Shown piece after piece: positions 48,990 through 56,902 of a stretch of 64,000 nucleotides of DNA. Location: positions 3,163-67,162 of the forward strand of contig JAHFOJ010000002.1 in assembly GCA_023266875.1 (NCBI GenBank), read 5' to 3'. Each line of letters starts with the position of its first letter. Positions within the stretch are counted from its first letter, which is position 1. The position numbers and the translations under genes were made by a program. Below the pieces are notes generated by a model. It was not told the DNA's origin. It was given only the letters and a program-made list of their open reading frames with translations, and searched no databases. Source of the DNA: Candidatus Giovannonibacteria bacterium (GTDB taxonomy: Bacteria > Patescibacteriota > Minisyncoccia > JACPKW01 > UBA11713).

Positions 48990-49743
48990 ATTTTTTGAAT
49001 TTCTTTGGCCAGGTCTTTTGGTCGCCCCCCCAAACTTTTAAACTATAGGCGGTCAATCTTTCTATACCAAAAGCAACACAGAGAGAGTTTGAAAAAGTCT
49101 TGCCATTTTTTATGTCGAAGCGTTTCCCAAAAAAATCTTCGTGATTGTTTATTGAAGCTAACGCGATTTTTCTTTTTCCATCATGTACTATAAATTCTTG
49201 TTTGAGACCTTTAAGTTGCTGAATCATTTTTGCCCCCTCATCTTGTCCAAGAAAGAAAGCATCTGTGGCATTTTTAAACTCACCATTGAACCCGAAATCA
49301 GTAAGGGTTGTTTTTACTAAATCTTCAATCCTCTTAATTTTTTCGATAATCTCTTTTTCATTTCCAATAATTACCAATTCAACCATATGAAAATCTGGGA
49401 GACGATATGGTGATTGCCAATTTCCATTCTCATATCTTGCGCAATGAGCCATTCCAAATGCGGCGTACTTCTTTACGTCTTTACCTTTTAGTTCGGGATA
49501 TACATGTAGGCAAGCCGCCGGTGTTACAAATTGCTCTGTTGAATTAAGAGTATTCATTGCAGTAAAAAGTTGATTTGGAAAATGTTTAAAATATTTTGCA
49601 TCAAACAAAACCTTTTTCGAAATGAAAAGAGGCGGGTTGAAAACTGAATCATAATGGGGACGGAAAATGTTATGCAAAAATAACACCCACGCTTGGAATA
49701 AGCGTATTTTTTGCAACATCGATTTATTATGAGTTTTAGTCAT
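48970..49743 (-). CDS. Amino acid:[carrier protein] ligase (truncated SerRS-like class II synthetase)
   Basis: TPAACLHVYP, CARYE (motif 2), F.MVE, DAFF, ASINNHEDFFG, CVAFGIERL (motif 3); no tRNA-binding domain. Confidence 0.85.
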   Translation of the reverse strand: MTKTHNKSMLQKIRLFQAWVLFLHNIFRPHYDSVFNPPLFISKKVLFDAKYFKHFPNQLFTAMNTLNSTEQFVTPAACLHVYPELKGKDVKKYAAFGMAHCARYENGNWQSPYRLPDFHMVELVIIGNEKEIIEKIKRIEDLVKTTLTDFGFNGEFKNATDAFFLGQDEGAKMIQQLKGLKQEFIVHDGKRKIALASINNHEDFFGKRFDIKNGKTFSNSLCVAFGIERLTAYSLKVWGGDQKTWPKKFKKYAKMLQ

Positions 49744-49969
49744 CGCTCTTCAAAAATGTTTCCACTATCTTCCGAACAGATTCAAAATTTGGCATTATAA
49801 CTTCATCGTCTGTTAATTTTCGTCCCAAATGCTTTTCTATATAGCCGATAAGATCGAGAATATTCATTGAATCTAATACTTTATCCTTAAATAGGAGGGT
49901 ATTTGAATCGATGGTTCGACCCTTATCACGACAAATGCTTTTTATAAATTTTAGAAGTTCCTGTTGCAT
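49736..49969 (-). CDS. Carrier protein (aminoacyl-carrier type)
   Basis: LDSMNILDLI site, NFESVRKI; overlaps the ligase gene. Confidence 0.9.
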   Translation of the reverse strand: MQQELLKFIKSICRDKGRTIDSNTLLFKDKVLDSMNILDLIGYIEKHLGRKLTDDEVIMPNFESVRKIVETFLKSDD

Positions 49970-49970
49970 A

Positions 49971-51098
49971 TTATTGAATTTTACCCCATTTAGATTTTAT
50001 GCAGTACTCTATAACTTTTCCGTAGTAATCGCGAATACCCGGCAAATGCTTTTTATAATCTGGGAGCATCGCCAACAGACTGTTTTGGAAAAAGTTTTTT
50101 GGATAGAGAAGTTGATGGGCAAAATGATTAAGAGCGGATAATACGTTTTTTAAAACGGGATTATTTGCGGATACCGCTGAATTCATAAAGAGGTCAAAAG
50201 CCTCTTCTGATACAATAGCTGGTTTAGGATAGTTTTTTTCTACCCAGCTAGAGTCTGCTTCTGCCATGCCCTTAAAACTCTCATCTATGATTTCTTGCAG
50301 GGTTAGTGATCCTGATCCGTGTGTAATATGAAAAGTTTTATTTGGGGAAAAGTTATTCCAAAAGAGGTTAAAAAGAGTACTCGCCGTATAGTCACTCGAA
50401 ATGAGATCAACAGAGTAGTTAGGAGTACCAGGAAACATTGAAGCTAAGCCAAGATACATCATGCGTATTGCTTGGTGGGGTGCAGTAAAATGACTAACCT
50501 TTCCTGTTTTACTATCGCCAATTACCGTAGAAAGGCGGTATATAGCCACAGGAACACTTTTAGCCAAGTTCTTCAAAAATACCTCCGCTTCATATTTGGA
50601 TTGCTCGTATGTATTTACAAAACCAGCCTCATGTTCTAACTCGTTTTCTTTGATAATCCCTATTCTTTTGCCGCTTACGTAAGCTGTGCTTATAAAGCCA
50701 AATTGTTTGAGGTTAGAACACTTTTGACCAAAGTCAGCAACATTTTTTGTGCCGGTAACATTTATTTGTCTTGCTTCACCCAGCGGAAGATCAAATCTCG
50801 TAGAGGCGGCACAGTGAAAAATATGGGTCGTTTTACCAAGTAGATCGTTATAGTCGGAAGAACTTTCTACCCCCATATTCTGTTTTGTGATATCGCCCTT
50901 TATAATTTGTAATCTTTCCATGAATTCTTTTTTATTTTGCAATGCAAAAAATGATTGTAAAATCGTTTTTTTATCACCACCCGATCCCTTGTCATGTACT
51001 AAAAGATAGATATTTGCTTGAGTATTTTTAAACAAAAGAGAAACGAGCTCTCTCCCTACCATCCCCGTGCCACCGGTAATAAAAATTTGTTGCGCCAT
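49971..51098 (-). CDS. Extended SDR, thioester reductase/fatty acyl reductase-like
   Basis: TGGTGMVG, HCAA, NVTGT, ISTAYV, NTYEQSK. Confidence 0.9.
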   Translation of the reverse strand: MAQQIFITGGTGMVGRELVSLLFKNTQANIYLLVHDKGSGGDKKTILQSFFALQNKKEFMERLQIIKGDITKQNMGVESSSDYNDLLGKTTHIFHCAASTRFDLPLGEARQINVTGTKNVADFGQKCSNLKQFGFISTAYVSGKRIGIIKENELEHEAGFVNTYEQSKYEAEVFLKNLAKSVPVAIYRLSTVIGDSKTGKVSHFTAPHQAIRMMYLGLASMFPGTPNYSVDLISSDYTASTLFNLFWNNFSPNKTFHITHGSGSLTLQEIIDESFKGMAEADSSWVEKNYPKPAIVSEEAFDLFMNSAVSANNPVLKNVLSALNHFAHQLLYPKNFFQNSLLAMLPDYKKHLPGIRDYYGKVIEYCIKSKWGKIQ

Positions 51099-51103
51099 AT
51101 ACT

Positions 51104-52075
51104 CTAATGTTGCAAGATTAGACAAGACCAATTGGCTCCAAAGCCAAACGTAAATAACGCCAGATAATCTCCTTTTTTAAGATAGCCATCTTTATCCATA
51201 TCTACGAGATTAATAATATGATCACAAGAAACGGTGTGACCAACTCGTGATATATTTTTTGACCAAATCTTTTCCATTGGAGTGTGAAGTAGCTTTGAGA
51301 GTATCTCCCAACTCCTTAAACTCACATTATGAGGTACAAACCATTTAATATCTGACATGGTTAATCCCGCCCCCTTAACTGCGTTTTCAATTGTCCGTTG
51401 TGCCATTGGAAAATAAGAAGCTAATAATTCGTTTTCATGTTGCGGGGTATCCCAGTAGTAGGATTGAAATTCTTGATGAAAATATACTATCCTATTCTTT
51501 TCGGAATTTTTGGTGACTACAAGTGCTGCCGTGGCATCACTCATAATGTTGTACATAATTTCTCTTTTGGTTCCAGCTGGTAATGCATCAACAGCTGCGC
51601 ATAGTATTGATTCTTGTTGCGTGTTTGAGTTAGAAAGCAATTGATCCGCCAGATCAATTGCAGATAACAATCCGCTGCAACCCTGTTGAGATAGACCAAT
51701 TGCGTTCGCATTAAAAAGCCCAAGCTTATGTCGAAGCTCTGCGGCCGGATAACGAAATAAATTCAATGCGTTACCCTCATCTTGGTTATTAGCACTGTTG
51801 ATTCCGGAGTATAAAAAAATTCGAGTAATACTATCACCGGTAGTTTTATTTTCGCGCAAGACTTCTTCGGCGCTATTTAATAAAAGACCCTCAATGCTCT
51901 CGTTGTTGCTTTGAACATAACATTCCCTAAATCCAAAATCGTGCAATACTGATACAGGCGAAGTGATCTTCTTTTCTTCCTCGAGTTGTTCAAGCGACTT
52001 CTTATTTCTGGGAAGCCGATATGCCAGCGCCGCTATACCAATTGATGTTTGGCTTTTGTCTATATTTTTTTTCAT
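51104..52075 (-). CDS. KAS III (FabH)-like condensing/acyl-transfer enzyme
   Basis: QQGCSG catalytic Cys, SDATAA, PHNVS, GHTVSCD, FGFGANW. Confidence 0.87.
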   Translation of the reverse strand: MKKNIDKSQTSIGIAALAYRLPRNKKSLEQLEEEKKITSPVSVLHDFGFRECYVQSNNESIEGLLLNSAEEVLRENKTTGDSITRIFLYSGINSANNQDEGNALNLFRYPAAELRHKLGLFNANAIGLSQQGCSGLLSAIDLADQLLSNSNTQQESILCAAVDALPAGTKREIMYNIMSDATAALVVTKNSEKNRIVYFHQEFQSYYWDTPQHENELLASYFPMAQRTIENAVKGAGLTMSDIKWFVPHNVSLRSWEILSKLLHTPMEKIWSKNISRVGHTVSCDHIINLVDMDKDGYLKKGDYLALFTFGFGANWSCLILQH

Positions 52076-52676
52076 AAGCTACGCTGATATAAAAATCTTT
52101 TACCTTAAATGGCCAAACATACCAAATAGGCGATTTAAATTTATGCATCTTAACTTTAAAAGTTGTATTTTTAATCTTATCAATAATTTCTGCTTGTTTG
52201 GGAGGTATAGCAAAACCAACCCCGACTCCTTTCATAACTGACTCTTTGATAACCCAGATTAGGCTTATTATATCTGTTCTACTCCCAAAAAAATTTTGCA
52301 CTAAGTCTATCTCATTCTGGTCAGCAACATAGTTAAGAAGAGATTTTTTATGAGGTCTAATCTTCTCTATGTCGATACCTACTTTATATGGAGCGACAAC
52401 TCCAATTCCTCGATCATACGAATGACTCAATGAATAATAAATATTATACCGTCCTTCAATATACGGCAATCCATTTTCGGCATTTTTAATAGTTACATCC
52501 TTATCTAAATCCTCGGCGACATAGTTGGTCAGGGCTTGTTTTAATGCAATGCGTCCTAGCAAAAAATCTTTCTTTCTATTATTGGAGAGTTGGCGATATT
52601 GATGAAGTTCGTTTTTATTTAGCTTCGACTTGGCATTGGAATCGATTTTATTAATGCCGACTATACTGGATGTCAT
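52002..52676 (-). CDS. Sfp-type 4'-phosphopantetheinyl transferase
   Basis: G.P, SLSHS, VGIDIE, WVIKESVMK. Confidence 0.92.
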   Translation of the reverse strand: MTSSIVGINKIDSNAKSKLNKNELHQYRQLSNNRKKDFLLGRIALKQALTNYVAEDLDKDVTIKNAENGLPYIEGRYNIYYSLSHSYDRGIGVVAPYKVGIDIEKIRPHKKSLLNYVADQNEIDLVQNFFGSRTDIISLIWVIKESVMKGVGVGFAIPPKQAEIIDKIKNTTFKVKMHKFKSPIWYVWPFKVKDFYISVAYEKKYRQKPNINWYSGAGISASQK

Positions 52677-52713
52677 GCTTATATAATCACACAAAATCTG
52701 TTATAATTCAACT

Positions 52714-53214
52714 ATGATTTTAACCTACATTTATTTGGGTTTGGTATTACTTGGACTTTGTTTTATTGCTTTTCGAAATAAGACTTCACTATTAAGGGGC
52801 GATAGATTTTTAAGATTCAACTTATTTTTTTTAATAATATCAGTGGTAATTGTTTTTGTAAGAAAAACATCCCTAGAAGACTTAATCATGATTGGTCTAG
52901 CATTTGTTGTAATAATTTCGTTTTTGTTTAGAAACAAGTGGCTGCTATTTAAATACTCATCTCTTAAAACATCGGCTGTTGTAGAAGACTCATTATCAAG
53001 AGTTTTGATACCATTTCAAAAAACAGAGAGTGGATATATACTTAAACCGACACCAGAAGGAAGTACTTATTTGCGATTGGCGAATTTTTGGCCAAATTGT
53101 GCTATTATTATTTTCGGAGGCGATTGGCATTTAAAAAAGGTCGAGGTGCTAAAAAACCTTCTCAAGAAAAATTTTTCTGGGGTATTCCCCAAACTAGTAA
53201 TTAAATTAAAATAA
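52714..53214 (+). CDS. Hypothetical membrane protein (~3 TM)
   Basis: Hydrophobic N-terminal half; divergent from the PPTase gene. Confidence 0.7.
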   Translation: MILTYIYLGLVLLGLCFIAFRNKTSLLRGDRFLRFNLFFLIISVVIVFVRKTSLEDLIMIGLAFVVIISFLFRNKWLLFKYSSLKTSAVVEDSLSRVLIPFQKTESGYILKPTPEGSTYLRLANFWPNCAIIIFGGDWHLKKVEVLKNLLKKNFSGVFPKLVIKLK

Positions 53215-53218
53215 CCTT

Positions 53219-53656
53219 ATGTCACGAGTTACTAAAGTAGCTTCAATAAAAGCAGAGCCAGCTAAGGTGATAGAGTACATTGCTAATGTAAAAAATCATC
53301 CAGCTTTTATTTCGGCACTAAAATCAATCGACAACCTCAATGGGGATCCAAAGCACATGGGTGAAAGCTGGGATTGGACATTCGTTATGGGCGGAGTTGA
53401 GATCAATGGTAAGGCAGAGACGGCTGACTATGTGGCAGGCAAACACTATTCGTTCAAAACCACCGGTGGTATAGTAAGCGCTTTTAGCTACAGTGTTGAG
53501 CCCGAAGATGGCGGTGCAAGACTGACTATGGATGTGAACTATGAAGTTCCACAAAATGTGCTTGCCAAAGCAATGGACAAAGCTGTTGTTGAGCGATTGA
53601 ACAATCAAGAAGGTGATCGAGCGGTTGAGAATCTTCAAGCTATACTCGGAGTTTAA
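53219..53656 (+). CDS. SRPBCC/START-fold (polyketide cyclase-like) protein
   Basis: SIKAEPAKV..Y.....HP.F N-terminus, beta-strand core, C-terminal helix. Confidence 0.85.
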   Translation: MSRVTKVASIKAEPAKVIEYIANVKNHPAFISALKSIDNLNGDPKHMGESWDWTFVMGGVEINGKAETADYVAGKHYSFKTTGGIVSAFSYSVEPEDGGARLTMDVNYEVPQNVLAKAMDKAVVERLNNQEGDRAVENLQAILGV

Positions 53657-53687
53657 TGAATTTCTTGTCCGGCATTGTTCCAATGCT

Positions 53688-54287
53688 ATGGTTGTATTTG
53701 CTCAATATTGCTTTTACCTTATCTCCCATCCTCTATTTAAGATATTTTTTCAACCAAAAATCGTTGGCATCGAACATATACCAACGAGGCCTTTCATTGT
53801 AGCGGCAAATCATACTTCAAAAATAGACCCGTTTCTTTTGTGTCTATTACCTTTTTCAGCAGCTAAACAATTGATGCCAATTTATTTTTTAACCAGTGAA
53901 TATTATTATAAAAAATGGTATCTCAAGCCTATATTAAAATTGTTTGGTTGTTATCCCGTAGCGAAAAGGGCATGGACAATGGAAGAATTTTTGTCCAGCA
54001 GTCTTAAGAAACTAAAGAATGGAAAGGTAATCATGTTTTTCCCTGAGGGGAAAATTATAAATGATGGCAAGAGAGATAAACCTCGGCCAGGGATTGGATA
54101 TTTAATCGAAAAATCAAGTAAGCCGATTTTACCCTTACACATAGAGTGGGGTAAAAACAAAGCCCTCGCTCCTAAAAAATTAAAACTTTCTTTTGGTAAG
54201 TTACTGTCATTCCAAAATGAGAGTGGACAACTAAATTCTTATGGAAAAACAGCAGAAAAAATAATGGCAAATATTTATTCATTATAA
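53688..54287 (+). CDS. PlsC-family acyltransferase (second copy)
   Basis: ANHTSKID, FFPEG, PILPL; start uncertain. Confidence 0.88.
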   Translation: MVVFAQYCFYLISHPLFKIFFQPKIVGIEHIPTRPFIVAANHTSKIDPFLLCLLPFSAAKQLMPIYFLTSEYYYKKWYLKPILKLFGCYPVAKRAWTMEEFLSSSLKKLKNGKVIMFFPEGKIINDGKRDKPRPGIGYLIEKSSKPILPLHIEWGKNKALAPKKLKLSFGKLLSFQNESGQLNSYGKTAEKIMANIYSL

Positions 54288-54376
54288 ACTATTAGCTATC
54301 GGAAAATCTCTCATAATTGAGCATATCGGTCGCGCAAGTGGGTTAGCCCACATACTTCCTCGATACAAAATGTTGT

Positions 54377-54454
54377 TGGCGCCCCCGCCGGGATTTGAAC
54401 CCGGGTTACATGGATGAGAACCATGCGTCCTGGACCAGGCTAGACGACAGGGGC
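54377..54454 (-). tRNA. tRNA-Glu(CTC)
   Basis: GCCCCTG...CGGGGGC-G-CCA; anticodon arm CATGG-TTCTCAT-CCATG; T-loop TTCAAAT. Confidence 0.95.
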
Positions 54455-54508
54455 ATTGTTTTTAAAATAATATCTTTTTCTGATTAAAAATTCAATAAAA
54501 TTATACCT

Positions 54509-54538
54509 CATAGACCTTTTCGTGCGAAAAGGTCTATG
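54509..54538. terminator. Hairpin downstream of murF (possible terminator)
   Basis: CATAGACCTTTTCG-TG-CGAAAAGGTCTATG; weak U-tract. Confidence 0.55.
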
Positions 54539-54552
54539 CTGTTTTGATCTAA

Positions 54553-55851
54553 TTAAATCTTCTTCCATTCCTCTTCCTGCCTCACCAAAAGTCCAGATTT
54601 TCGCTCCGGCTCTGCCATAATTTGCTCCACAACTTTTTCCATCCGCATCGATTGCGAGCCTTTCACTAAAATTAGATCGCCGGACTCAAGTTTTCTTTCA
54701 AGATCAATCCCCGCCTCTGCTGAATCGTTAAAATAAAAAATATTCTCCTTTATAAATCCTGAAGCAATCGCGCCCTCCGCGAAAAATTTAGAGCGCACTC
54801 CTACAATAAAAAGAATATTAGTATATTTTGATAGTTTCTCCCCTATCTCGCGGTGCGCTGGAATAGTGAAGCGACCGAGTTCGGTCATATCTCCCAAAAC
54901 AGCGATGCGGCGTTTCGCTTTAAGCGCCCGCAGAACCTCAAGCGACGCTAAAAGTGCCTTAGGCGAAGAATTATATGTGTCGTCCAAAACGTAAGAATCT
55001 TTTAGTCCGCGGATCAAGTTTAAGCGTCCGGGCGGAGATTCGAAACGTGACAATGCGCTTACCGCGTCCTCCAACTTTATTTTCATTGCAAGGCCGCATC
55101 CAAGCGCCGCAAGCGCGGCATATATTTGATGTTTGCCGAACGTATTTAAAATTTTTACAGGATATTCTTCTTCAAGATGCTTAACTTTAAATTCCATACC
55201 CTCAGGAACAGACATCCTCCCCTCTTTTCTTGTGAATATTTCATATTTAGATCCAGAAAAATCGGCTTTTTTTGAAAAACCGAAAGTTAAAATTTTCGCG
55301 CTTATTTTCTCGCGTATTTTCATAATCTCTTCGTCATCTGAATTCAACAGGACTGTATCATCCGGCCCTAAATCTTTAACCAATTCAAATTTTTCACGGA
55401 ACACTTCCTCAGGCCCAGAAAAAAATTCCACATGCACAGGAGTCGGCTGAAGCGCTGTTATGACCGCAATGTCTGGTTTAAGATATGTGCGAATTTTTTG
55501 GATATCGCCGGGGCGATCAGCTCCAATTTCAAGCACAAGCAACTTGGGATATTTCTCGCGAAATAAAATAAGCTTAAGCCCCTTAGCGATCGCATCGAGC
55601 CATTTGGAAACTGAATGCCATCCGGTTTCCGCTCCAATAATCGTAAGCGGAACGCCAAGTTCGCTATTGTAGCTTTTCTGGCTTTTGCGAATTTCTATAG
55701 ATTGGCCAAGCACCAAAGCGATAGCGTCTTTGGCAGAAGTTTTTCCAACCGATCCAGTCACCGCAACAATTTTTGGCTTATATTTCTTGAGAATTAGCCT
55801 CGATTCCCAAGTTAAAATAGCTACGACAATTTTCTTAAGGAAATCCCGCAT
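54553..55851 (-). CDS. murF: UDP-MurNAc-tripeptide--D-Ala-D-Ala ligase
   Basis: AVTGSVGKTSAK, SYNSELGVPLT, DDTYNSSP, LGDMTELG, LVKGS. Confidence 0.95.
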   Translation of the reverse strand: MRDFLKKIVVAILTWESRLILKKYKPKIVAVTGSVGKTSAKDAIALVLGQSIEIRKSQKSYNSELGVPLTIIGAETGWHSVSKWLDAIAKGLKLILFREKYPKLLVLEIGADRPGDIQKIRTYLKPDIAVITALQPTPVHVEFFSGPEEVFREKFELVKDLGPDDTVLLNSDDEEIMKIREKISAKILTFGFSKKADFSGSKYEIFTRKEGRMSVPEGMEFKVKHLEEEYPVKILNTFGKHQIYAALAALGCGLAMKIKLEDAVSALSRFESPPGRLNLIRGLKDSYVLDDTYNSSPKALLASLEVLRALKAKRRIAVLGDMTELGRFTIPAHREIGEKLSKYTNILFIVGVRSKFFAEGAIASGFIKENIFYFNDSAEAGIDLERKLESGDLILVKGSQSMRMEKVVEQIMAEPERKSGLLVRQEEEWKKI

Positions 55852-55867
55852 ATCCCAATTATACCAA

Positions 55868-56374
55868 TTATACCAAGAATGGCTCTCTTTTGCGCTTGCG
55901 CGCGAAAAACCAAATATACAAAATAACAAGTAATATTACGTCGGGAATTAAAATTTCGGGCGAAGCCCAAGGGTGCCCATTTATTTCAAAATGCGAGAAA
56001 GGCCATAAAAATGGAGTTGGAAAAAATTTATAGGAGTGGGTTGGTATGTCCATTAAGATGTGAAGTCCCCAAGCGGAAAATTCCCAAAGCGGCCGCCTTA
56101 AAATAATCCACAAAAGACCGAACAGAAGCACAAAGACGAATAGACTGTGGCTTATATTGTAAACTTGATAGACAAACTGCGGAATAGAATCCGGCACCGG
56201 CGGCTCCGCTGAAAAATTTGGTCTCGGAACAATCCTCAAAAACATTAAAACAAAAAATGGCCCGAAGGCGATGAGGTCTGGCAGGATTCCGAACACAAAA
56301 GAAAGCCAGAAACTTTTTTTTGATTTCCGTCCGAACGCAACGCCTCCCCATAGGCCGTGCGAGATTATATCCAT
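55868..56374 (-). CDS. Membrane-bound metal-dependent hydrolase-like protein (YdjM-like)
   Basis: SHGLW, LPDL, SHSL, LHILMDIPTH. Confidence 0.8.
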   Translation of the reverse strand: MDIISHGLWGGVAFGRKSKKSFWLSFVFGILPDLIAFGPFFVLMFLRIVPRPNFSAEPPVPDSIPQFVYQVYNISHSLFVFVLLFGLLWIILRRPLWEFSAWGLHILMDIPTHSYKFFPTPFLWPFSHFEINGHPWASPEILIPDVILLVILYIWFFARKRKREPFLV

Positions 56375-56422
56375 GTCTTAATCCTAAAAGTTTGTGACCT
56401 TAAAAAAATTTTAATTATTAGG

Positions 56423-56863
56423 CTAATTATTATTTTCCGGCATCTTTGGCCTAATTTGGATTGACTGGGCATTAATGCTGCCTTCCGAATTTACGCTTCC
56501 GTTTGCTGATACAGTTTCGCCAACAGCCAAATCGGCGATCGAGCCCCCGGCGGATTTTACTATCTGGGTTGAGGCAGATAAGAATACTATTTTTGATCCG
56601 CCGTTATTAGGAAGTTTTATTGTAATTGATTTATCGTCTTTTGCAATAATATCGCCGGCTATAAATCCAACTCCCGCTGTCCCGCCGCCCCTGCCAACGC
56701 GCGCACCGCCTCCTCCATTAGCATTAGGCGCAAACTGGCCATTTGCGAAATTGGCTCTGGAAGCGGCCCGAACGCTATCAGCATATTTCATACCGCAGTA
56801 AAATGAACCTCCGGCAATAACGATTGCTCCTATCACTAACCCTGTAATTATTTTCTTATCCAT
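56423..56863 (-). CDS. Membrane-anchored DUF5666-like OB-fold protein
   Basis: TM, Gly-rich linker, GDII.KD..SIT...T.I......DL.VG..V...G. Confidence 0.7.
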   Translation of the reverse strand: MDKKIITGLVIGAIVIAGGSFYCGMKYADSVRAASRANFANGQFAPNANGGGGARVGRGGGTAGVGFIAGDIIAKDDKSITIKLPNNGGSKIVFLSASTQIVKSAGGSIADLAVGETVSANGSVNSEGSINAQSIQIRPKMPENNN

Positions 56864-56902
56864 AATTAATAATAAATTATATTAATAAATTAACCTTTTC
56901 AA

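Larger units (their letters stand above)
45378..54337. other. AT-rich island: carrier-protein-dependent biosynthetic gene cluster beside tRNA-Glu
   Basis: Visibly AT-richer than the flanks; 13 tightly packed genes; 10-bp inverted repeat at the ends; next to the tRNA-Glu 3' end; no integrase. Confidence 0.8.

Noticed and set aside
52002-52075. Programmed frameshift fusing PPTase and KAS III at an A8 run
   Set aside because: Both ORFs are complete with their own start and stop; a 74-nt overlap explains the sequence without recoding.
45501-52676. Ordinary type II fatty-acid synthesis operon
   Set aside because: No FabD, FabF, FabG, FabZ, FabI or ACC; contains an aminoacyl ligase and a terminal reductase instead.
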